From positions 124,001 through 188,000 of the forward strand of contig QPMI01000503.1 in the NCBI GenBank assembly GCA_004431415.1: DNA of 64,000 nt. The letters are read 5' to 3'. The translations under genes and the position numbers were made by a program. Below the pieces are notes generated by a model. It saw only the letters and a list, made by a program, of their open reading frames with translations. It searched no databases and had not been told where the DNA came from. This document shows positions 24,559-34,700 of this stretch, one piece after another (the first letter of the stretch is position 1; every line of letters starts with the position of its first letter). Source of the stretch: Cyanophora paradoxa CCMP329 (Eukaryota; Plantae; Glaucophyta).

Positions 24559-27500
24559 CTACGCTTGGACGGGCGGGGCGGGGCCCGGGGCGGGCGGGGC
24601 GGGGCCCGGGGCGGGGCCCGGGGTGGGGCCCGGGGCGGGGCCGGGGGCGGGGCCCGGGGCGGGGCGGGGCGCGAAGGTGACGCGGCCGGCCGCGGCGTCG
24701 AAGATGCCGGAGTGGTCGCAGGCGCGGAGGAGGCGCTCCTGCTCGGGCGTGCACCCCGCGATCCGCAGCGCCCGCCCCGCCATCGACCAGTGCTCCACAA
24801 GCACCTGCGCCACGCTTAGATCTTCTAATATAAAATCGATATATTCGATATAAATAGGAAACAGATTAAAGAATCGCTAGCTATAGCTATAGCTTAAGAA
24901 AGAGAACGTTAGCCAAGGAATAGAACCTAGATCCGATTTTGATCTCAAGGTTATCTGATTATATTAGCGGACCTCGGCGCCGGTCACGTCAATGAGGGTG
25001 ACGGCGGAGAAGTCGACGCAGACGGGCCGCCGCGGCTCGGCCGCGAAGGCCCGCTCGAAGGCGACGGCGAAGGCCCGCAGCGAGCGCGACTGCGCGAACG
25101 TCACGGGGCCTGCGCGCGGAGAAATCGAAGGTGAATCTCAGGTTGGAGGAAGATAAAGGGAGGGCCTCGCGGCCGGCACCGGCGAGGCGGATGTGGTAGC
25201 AGCCGTCGCTGCCGCCTCCGCCGCCGGCGCCGGCGCTGGCTGGCTGGGGCTCGGGGAAGGAGAACCGGAGGGGCGCGAACTGCTGGCGGGCGGCGGCGAG
25301 GGCGAAGGCCGCCGCCATGCCGGCCCCCACGCCGGTCATGACGTCCGTCAGGACGACGCCGGCGGCGGTGGCGGCCCAGACGGCGGCCTCGGGGCGGGAG
25401 GCCCGCGCGATCGAGAGGACCTCCCGCGGCGAGAGCATGCTGCGAGTTCCGGGCGGGGCGGGAGGCGAAGGTCAGGTCCGAGTCTAGATCGAGATCCCCT
25501 TCACTTCTGACCATCTAGATCTAGCCTAGTAGATCTTCTAGGTCTTCTAAGCCTTCGTCGGTCGCGGATCGGATCTCAAGGCTAATTATAAATAGAGATC
25601 TGCATCGGCTTTACTCCTCTGGAGCTCGAGATCTTAAGCTCAGGATCTTATGGCCGAATTCGAAGAGTCGAGGCGGCGCCGGGGCCGGCGGATCGGACCT
25701 CACTGCGACGGAGAGGAGGACGCCGGAGAGGACGGGGAGGGGGATGTGCGCGATCGCCGGCGCCGCTGTATACACCGCCCCCAGCTGCCCCCGCCCGCTC
25801 TGTCAGATCCGGAGGAGGGCCGGGGCGAGGGCGGGGGAGGGGCGGGCCACGATGAGGGCGTGGAGGAGCGGGGCCCGCCGCGTCATCGCCCCCGCCTGAA
25901 CAAGAAACTCAGACGGGGCCCGGCCCAGCGGCGGCGAAGCGTGGCTGGGGCGGCTGGGGCGCACGGCGACGTGGAGGGAGGAGCGGACGACGACGGCGGA
26001 GACGGGGATGCCCCCGAAGGCCGCCGAGGCCGCGTTCGCCAGGCCCTGGCCCACCAGCTCCTGGTCCGGGCAGTGCCGCAAGACCCGCCCCTGCCCAGCA
26101 CCCGAAGGCGTCAGCTGCAGGAAGGCGGCGCTAGCGCTGGGCGCGCTTGGGGGAAGGCGGAGAAACTCGAGAAACTCGAAGCCGAGGCCGATAGCTAGGG
26201 GGAGCTAGGCAAGCTTATATCACTCAATTTGATCAAGGCAAGCTTATATTTAGAACGCAAGGCAAGCTTATATTTATACGCTCGGCGGACCTTGGCGAGC
26301 TTGTCGACGGCGCTGCAGGCGAGGAGCGCCTCGCACGAGGCGACCCCGAAGAGGACCGCTCCGCACCCCGCGAGCTCGGCGAGGGAGGCGGCGGAGAGGG
26401 CCGAGAGGTCGGGGAGGCGGGCGGGGGGCAGCGAGGCGGGGATCGCCCCGACGACCCCCACGTCGAGGGGGAGCACCAGCGCCGAGAGCGCCGTCAGGCC
26501 CGCCACCTTCGAGTTCGAGAGAGATCAGATCGTTTAAATATATGAAAAGGGAGCGGTTCCTACTATGATAGGAATGATATGATATGATACTAGTACTACT
26601 ATGATACTAGTACTATGATCAGATCGTCTGAATATATAAGAAGGAAGCGGCTCCGGGCCGGGCGCACGGCGAAGAGGGTGGCGGGGACGCGGTTGAGGTA
26701 GGGGACCCTGGGGAGGAGGACCGAGAGGCCGACGGTCGCCAGCGCCAGCCCCAGCGCGTGCGGGTTCACCTCCCCCAGATGCTGAAGGGGGGGGGAGAGT
26801 GAGGGGGGTACGGTATTTTAAGAGCGGGAGGGGGTACCTGGAGGACGTGCGGGGCGACGTCGACGATGCGGCTGGAGGGCGCGGGGCTGATCCCCAGCAT
26901 CTTCGGCAGCTGCGAATTCGAATTCGACCGCCCAGAGTCAACTCGAGCTTCGTTCTCATCTAGCCCCTTGATGATGCTTCCGATGCTATTTCCTAAGCTC
27001 CATAATAATCTAATCTAACTATAACCTAATCTAATAAGCTCCTTAAGCTTGATCGAGCTTCTTTCTAACAAATATAAATAATCATAAGCTCCCGGGGCGG
27101 ATGCGGACGCGGGCCGCGGCCGGACCTGCTGGGCGACGACCATGACGCCGATGCCCGAGGTGAAGCCGGCGATGACGGGCGCCGGCACGAAGCGGGCGAG
27201 GCCGCCGAGGCGGAGCGCGCCGAAGAGCACCTGCAGGAGCCCGCACGCCCCCGTGAGCCTGCGGGCAGCGATTGTTCAGCGAGTTGGCCGAGCTCGGGCC
27301 TCAAAATCATGATCAAAAGCTCTAGCTATATATAGATCTGTGTTTGGGGCGCACACGACGAGGCCATCGACGCCGAAGCGCTGCACGACGTCGAAGCAGA
27401 GGAACTGCGCCCCGCTCCAGGCTTCAGCTTAAGCTTCAGCTTATAAATCAAGCTCGAGCTCGAGCTTCAGCCTCAGCTTAAGCTCGGCAAGGGCGGGGCG

Positions 27501-28651
27501 GGGCCTCGCACGGAGAGGGCGGCGGCCGGCCCGCTGATGGCGAGGGGCGTCGCCCCGAAGACGGAGGCCACCGCGCCCCCGATGACCGCTGCGAGCGGTT
27601 CGAAGAGATTTGAACTCGGGGGCCAGGGTAGTAGGGGCGCGCGCGGGCGCGCGGACCTGTGAGGAGGCCAGTCTCTGCTGAGACTCCGGACCCCAAACCT
27701 GCGCAGCAGAGTTCATGATCAGCGAGACGAAGGCGGGGGGGGAAGGGGGGGGGGGGCGGAAGGGGGGGGGGGGGGCGGCTCTCGGCGCGCGGGGTCTAGA
27801 TCTTCTGCAGCTGCTTGAGCTTGCAAGATTGAGCTCGGCGCATGCGCACCGACCGCGAGGCACAGCGGGACCGAGACGCAGGCCACGGTCTGCGGGAGGA
27901 CGGGCGAGGGCGCCGCGTTGACGTTAGCTTTTGAAGCACATTCAAGGGCAGGGCGCTAAGCTCCGGGCGAGCTTAGCTCGAGGCCTATAGCTAGCGCTAG
28001 GCGAGCAATTAAACTGATATATATATATATATCGAGTATCAATCACGCAATGCGGTGATTACTCTACGAATCAGCGGGCGCGACAGCCGGGCGCACCGCG
28101 CCGGCTTTGATATCTGCCGCTAGATCGCGCGGGTTGCTGAGAAGGGCCACCCATTCCTTCACGAGACGCCTCGCGCCAAGATCAAATTTGATCCGGTTCA
28201 CGAACGAGTCCTTCCCGGGGGCGGCGGCCTGGGCGCCGGCGGAGCACGCCGAAGGGCTCGCGGGTGCTTCATGCGTAGATTCGACGGGAGAGGCTGCATC
28301 GAGCGGGCTCGCTGCGTGCGCGACGGTCGACTGCGACCGGCTGGAACTCGAGCTAAAGCTGGAGCTCGGCGACCCCGTCGCGTTCCCAACACCGCTGCTG
28401 CTGGCGGAATGGAATGCTGAGCGCGCGCAAAGACTGGCGTAGCCGACTGCGCGCAGCTCCGGCTTGGACCACGGCTGGGCCGCCGCAATTCGCATACGCG
28501 ATGCATATGCGCAGGGGAGCGCGCCCCTCGCTGAGAGCTCTCGCGGGAGGGCGCTGTGCTTGATGAGAGCTTGTTGAGAGAGCGATAGGCGCATCGCGGG
28601 CTGCTGGGAGACGACGGCCCGAACGGCTGCCGACATGGACGCTGACGACAT
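24559..28651 (-). CDS. SulP/SLC26 anion (bicarbonate/sulfate) transporter with C-terminal STAS domain; multi-exon
   Basis: DLAADIKAG, VFGATPLAISGPAAA, LRLGGLARFVPAPVIAGFTSGIG, CEALL, DQELVGQGLANAASAAFGGIPVSAVVVRS, HIPLPVLSGVLL; STAS: IRLAG|PVTF, VDFSAVTLIDVTG; long R/S/A-rich N-terminal extension. Confidence 0.92.
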
Positions 28652-29001
28652 CGAACACGAACTCGGGCGCGCGGCCGCCGCTGCGCTCCGGAACAGCGGT
28701 TTCGGGCTTTTCTGACGATTTCAAGCGTGGTGCGATCGCGCGCACGCCCCTGGCTGCTGTGCCTGCAGCGCTGGCCTGCGGATCCGGGTGGCCCCGTTGC
28801 GAACTGGCCCCGACCCTCCCGTGAGTCGAACCCGCGGCACTCTGCCTTCATGCGTCAATTGCGGTTAAGGACGCTCAAGCCATAAAATTCGGGACTAAAC
28901 TGTAAGGCGGCTAGTGCGCTCGACGTACCGATCGACTCTGAGGCCGTGGCTTGCGCTAGATCTATAGAGGCCCCTCGCAGCCTGCAGCTGGCAGCTCGAG
29001 C

Positions 29002-31604
29002 TCATATGGCAGCTGCGGGGTCGAAGCCATCGCCCTCCGCAGCTGCAGGGGCGGCGCGGGCGGAAGCGCCGGCACCGGGGACGGGGCTGGGGCTCGGGGC
29101 GGGGCTGGAGCCGGCGCGGGCGGCGGCCTCGAGCCGCTCGAGGACGGCGTGGGCCTCCTCGGCGGTGGGGCGGCCCCCCGGCTCCCGCCCCCAGCACCCC
29201 TCGAGCAGCGCCCGCAGCGGCCCCGGGCACTCCGCCTCCCCCGGCAGCGGCAGGTCGGCGGCCCCGGCCCCGGGGCCGGGGGAGCCGTCCCGGAGCACCC
29301 GGTCCATGATCTCGCCCCCGGAGAGGCCCTCGTAGGGCCGCCGCCCCGTCAGGATCTCCCAGCAGACCTGTACCCCGCCGGTTTGAGGGGAGCAAGGGAG
29401 AGGGAGAGGAGGGGGTATCGTACCGTCGCGAAGCTGTACATGTCGGACTGGGTACGGGATCCGGCCCCGCGCATCACCTCCGGCGCTGCGGGTGCGGAGG
29501 CGCCTCAGAAACAAGAGAAGGGGCGGCGAGCCTCGGGCCCGAGGCGCCGAACAAAGGGAAGCCTAGGGCTGTACCCATCCAGGGGACGGAGCCGGGCCCG
29601 GCGGCGCGGCGCTCGCCGGCGGAGGGCAGGTCCCCCGTGCTCGCGCTCGCGTCCGACCGCAGCTTCGCGAGCCCGAAGTCCGAGAGCTGCGCGCGGTACC
29701 CCGCTCGGAAAGAGGCGGGGGGAAGGCGCGAGGGGGTACGTGTACGCGCCTTGCAGCTGAAGCCACCGGCGCCGTCCGCGCGCACCAGCACGTTCGGGCT
29801 CTTGATGTCGCTGCCGGGTACAGGGTTCATCGGAGGGACGGGCGAGTGGGGGAGGGGGGGGGGGTCGAAGAGAAGGGAGTACGCTCGCCTGTGGACGACG
29901 GAGGGGTGGCAGCCGTGCAGCGCGCAGAGGCCCTCGCAGACCTGCCGCGGGTTCGAATCCGAGAAGGGAGATTTTCGGGTTGAAAGGGGTACGGGGGCGC
30001 GCTTCGCGCATGAGGCGGAGCTTGTCGGCGGGGCCCAAGGCCCGCGGGCCGTCCAGCACGTGGCTCCTCAGGTCACCGTCCATCATCTCCTGTACCCCGC
30101 GGGACCGGTAAGCAGCCGGAACCCCGTCAGAGTCGCTGGGAGGATCATCGGATCGGACCATGACGATGCGGAAGGGGCGGGAGCGGGTGCAGGCGCCCAT
30201 GATCTGGACGACGCGCGGGTGGTGCACGTTGAACTGGATGAGGAACTGCGGCGGGCCGAGGGGCGGGGTCTCTCGGCGGCGGCGGGCGCCCGGCGGCTCG
30301 GGAGGGGTACGCGCGCGCCTCGGCCTCGGCGCCGGCGACGGGTACGAAGAACTCTTTGACGGCGACGCGCTCGTGCATCCAGGTGCCCTCGTACACCGCC
30401 GCGTAGGACCTGCCGGGCGGGCGTGCGGGATCAAATCTTATCATCAGAGAGTCTGCGTGGGCGGGCGGCGGCTTGGCGGGTCGGGCCGCGCACCCTCGGC
30501 CAAGGCAGCGGTCGTAGCGGATGACGAGGTCCTCGGGGGCTGCGAGACACGGGTTCGAATCCGGGGAGGGAATTCTCTGCGGGGGCCGGGCGCGCACCGA
30601 TCTCGGCAAGGCCGGCACCGCAGCTCTCGCGGGCGGCGTCTGGGGGCCGCCCGCGGGGCTTGGGCGCTGGCCTCGCCTTCTGCGGCCCGCGCTCGGGAGA
30701 CGGGTGCGCGTGCGGAGGCGGCGGGGGCGGCGGAGGCGGCGGCGGAGGGGGCGGGACGCCGGGGCGGGGCGCGGGGAGGGGCCGGGAGAGGGCGGGGGCG
30801 GGCGGCTGCCGTGGGCAGGGGCGGGGCGGGCGGTGGGCGGGGCGACGCGGACGTGGGGGCGGGGTGCAGAGGGAGTACGCTGTCTGGGGATGCAGGGAGT
30901 TCAGCGGCGGATGGGGAGGCTTCTGGGGCTCGTCGTGGTCGGGGCGGGAGGGGCGGGCGGGGGCGTGCAGCCGCGGCGGGGTGCACGGCTGCGTGTCCGT
31001 CGCGGGGGCGGCCACCGGGGCCGGCGCAGGTGCCGAGGCGCCGGCGGCTTCCGGAGGAGGAGCGAGGGGCCTTGGAGGGGCGGGAGGGGGGCCGGCCGGC
31101 GGCTCGCGGGGGGGTTCGCCGCTCGGCGACGAGGCGCCTTCGCGCGGGCGCACGAGCCGGTCAGCGCGGCGGCTTGCGATTCCTTTGTAGCTAGCAGGCG
31201 CACCTGAGAGGACTCCCGGGATGGAGGGGCGCCGCGGCTCGTACAGGGCGCGGTCGGGGGGGAGCCAGCGCGGGGGCGGCCCGAGGAGCTCGGCGAGCGG
31301 CACGCGGCGGGTGGCGCCCGTCCGCGCATCGACCTCGTCGACGAAGCGCACGCTTGCGCCGCCCGCCCGCTCGCGGATGAGCTCGGCGGTCAATTCCCGC
31401 GAGTCGATCGTCTCGGGCTGAGCGGCCGGGTCCAGGCGAATCGCCACAGCGACGCGCTCCTCGACCGGCAGGGATCCCGAGCCGCGCCGGCCTGGCGGGG
31501 GAGGGCCCGCGGGCGCAGAGCCCGCTGCGTCCCGCGCCCGTGAGCGAGCCGGCGGGGCGAGGCGATAAGGGGGCTTGGATTCATTTGAACGCACCGCGGC
31601 GCAT
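29002..31604 (-). CDS. Tyrosine-kinase-like (TKL) protein kinase, non-RD, with an unknown N-terminal domain and Pro-rich linker; multi-exon
   Basis: LGRG|SYAAVYEG, VAVK, HPRVVQIMGAC, HS|DIKSPN, K|LSDFGLAK, GSVPWM|APE, SDMYSF, WEILTGRRPY, CW...RP. Likely start ATG CGC CGC G|gt at 31604; alternative in-frame ATG at 31705. Confidence 0.92.
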
Positions 31605-31750
31605 CCGTGCCCCCGCACTCTGCAACAGGGGCTAGCCGAATGTTCAAGTTGGCCCTCTTCGTGCCGTACCCCGGCAGGCCATCTTCGGCCGACGCGCAGG
31701 AGCATCGGTGGCGAGCGTCCCGCTCAGCCCTCGTCCCCGCCAGCTCCACT

Positions 31751-34700
31751 ATGGCAACGGCGGCGCAAAGGCGGCCGCGCCCGGTCGCGGGCTCGGACAG
31801 CGGCGCTCGGTCGGCTCGGCCGCTGCCTATTTACGTGCCGGTGCCGATGCTTGAGGCGGAAGACCGAGTGCGCTGCCCCGCCTGCCCCCCCGCGCCGACG
31901 TCCCGAGTCGACCGTCGCGGGCCGGCGGCCCGCGCGCAGCACCTGAACCTGGCGGGAGTCATCGGGAGGCAGATCGACTACGTGACGAAGCTGCAGCGGG
32001 CATTGCGCGAGGCCGGCAGCGTGACCGAGATCCGAGTCTACATCTGCAGCTCGCACGCAGACATGGTGCGCGCCGCGCCGCCGCCGGAGGGCGCGCGGCT
32101 CCGCGCGCCGCGCTGAGCGCCTCCTCAGATCGCGGAGCGCGACCAGCTGCACAAGACCGTGTTCCCCCGGTGCGCGCCTGTGCCCTCCGCGCGGCGCCCG
32201 CCGCCCGGCCGGCCGAGAGCCCAACCGCCGCCCCGCCCATCCCGCCCCGCCCCGCGCCAGGCTGAACGAGTGGGCGGCGCGCTTCCGGCTCCGCTTCATT
32301 CCAGTGGACTTGGTACGGGCGCAGAGGCCGCGCCGCGGCCCCCCGCCCTCCCCGCCCTCAGGCGCCTCTTCTCCCCGCAGCGGACGCCGCCGGGTCCCGA
32401 GGACGCATCCGTGACGTCACGGGGCCCCTTCCTGCTCGCAGCCCACGAGGTGGGGCCCGTCGCGGCGCGCCCGCGCCGCTCGCGCTCGCGCTCACTCGCC
32501 GCCCATACCCGTCCGGAAGATCGCGCGCTGTCGTCCGTGGGTTGTCGCCCTGGTCGGCAACAAGTACGGCCCCCCCGCGAAGCGTGCGTATCCCCCTTTG
32601 CGCGACCGGAGCCTCGCGAACGCGAACGCGTACCCCCCAGGGCCCCTGGTGCCCGATGCGTGGAACGTAGAGGGGGAGTGGGACTGGCTCGCAAACCTGG
32701 ACCCCGCCGCCAGGTGGGCCCGTACCCCTCCCCGCGAGAAACCGTACCCCTGAGATCGCCCGGCAGCGCCTACGAGGCGGAGTGCTACTACGCCTTCCTC
32801 GGCGCCACCGTACCCCCATCCCCTGCCTCTCCCCGCGGCCCTCCCCAAACGGCGTACCCCCCAGGACCCGCGGCTTCGGTGCGTTGCACTGCTGCGGGAC
32901 GGGCGCTTCGCGGCGGACATTGCGGACGCCGCCCACCGCGCCGTCTTCTCAAGGTCGGTACCCCCCACCCCGCTTGGCTTTGAGGCGTACCCCCCTCACC
33001 ATTCCGCCAGCGACGAGACAGACGACATCGTCAGGACGGCCGCGGTACCCCTCTACCCCGCCCCCCGCCTCCTGTACCCCCTCCCCGCGTCCGAGCACCG
33101 TACCCCGCTCCAGTTCCGGGAGCGCGTGAAGACCCACAAGCTGGTCCGGGTGGAGGTGCCCCGTACTCTCCGCTTCCCTGCGCCTGAAGCCCCCCTCCGA
33201 GACCCGCGCAGGAGTACGGCTGCACGTGGCGAGTCCCGAAGGGCGGCTTCAAGGGACCCCCCGAGGTGACTCACGCGTACCCCCTACCCCTCGACCCCCG
33301 TACCCCCCGCCCCCCCCCCCTCACCCCACCCCAGGTCGCCGGCCTCGACGAGTTCGCGGAGAAGTGCATCGCGGTACCCCCCCGTCCCCAGCCTTTCCCT
33401 GTACCCCCCTGAGCCTCGGAGGGGTACAGGCGCTGAAGGCGATGGCGGAGGACGAGTTCATCGGCCCCGGGGGGGCGGAGGCCGCTGCCTCCCTCGGGCC
33501 GGACGGCCTACCCCCCGGGCTCTCCCCCTCCGACCGCGCCTACATCGAGGTGGCTCTACCCACCCCACCCAATCGCGCGGGGTACGTGAATTTAAGAGGG
33601 GTACCGCCTCAGGCGATGGAGTCCCTCGCCGCGGACCGCGTCTTCCAGGACTCCCTCGTCGAGTCCCGCGCCCGGTACCCCTCTCTTTTGCCCCCCGGCC
33701 CCAGCTTCCCCCCCCCCTGATCCGGGGGTACGGCGTGCAGGGTGTTCGTGGGGCGGGAGGAGCTGCTGGCGGACATAGCGGCCTTCATCAACGCGCGGCC
33801 GGCCGGCCCGGGCTCCCGCAAGGCCCGCCCCCGCCCCCGCCCCGCCCTCCGAGTACGTCCGAGAACTTCGTTCGCAGGAGCTGACGCGGTCGGCGACCTC
33901 GCGGGACTCGCTCTCGCCGCCCCGCGGGGGCCGCCAGGGCAGCAAGAGCCCGCCCCGGTGCGCCCCCTCGCGGCGCGGGACAGAGGCGGGCGGGCGGGCG
34001 GGCCCCTCCGGCGGGCCGTGCTGACGGGCATGTCTGCCTGGGGCGCGGCCCGGCAGGAACCGGGGCGGGCGGTCCCCGCCCAGGGCCGGGGGCGCGGGCT
34101 CCGGGTCCGGGGCGGGGGCGGGGGCCGGGGCGGGGGCCGGGGGCGAGGAGGGGGCGCGGAGGCACGCGAACCCCCTCGAGGACGACATCTTCTCCCAGGT
34201 CCGATCTGACCCGATCTGATCTGATCTGATTTCATCTGTAGAACGCTAGGGAGCTACTTTTAGGCTAGGATGAGGCGTGCGTCTGTAGATGAGGCTTCCA
34301 GGACAGGACATAGGCCCGGCCCGGCCCGCCCCTACCCGCCCCGGTCGGACCCGACGTCGACCCGGGCCGGCCCGGGGCCAGATGGGGGAGTACCTGAAGG
34401 CGAAGAAGGAGGGCCTCAACCCGAGCGCCCGCGCCATCATGGCCCCCGGCGCCTCCCCGCGCCCCGGTACCCCCCGGATCCCCCCCCTGTAGTTTAGATT
34501 TCTAGATTTCGCCCTTCAAATTCTTATTTGCTCCCTAGATTTCCCACCCTTCTAGCTCCCCCTTCGATCCCCCTCGGCCCTAATTATCCTCTACAAATAT
34601 CTTCTCCTATTCCACGATTTTCCTCTCTTTCGCCCGCGCCATTATGGCCCCCGGCGCCTCCCCGCGCCCCGGTCCGCTCTCCATCTGCATTCCCCTCTGT

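Noticed and set aside
24575-24670. Independent GC satellite
   Set aside because: It is in frame as the (PAPG)n C-terminal tail of the SulP protein
28740-28860. Circularly permuted tRNA gene
   Set aside because: No matching 5' half (GACCCTC...) downstream of the 3'-half-like sequence
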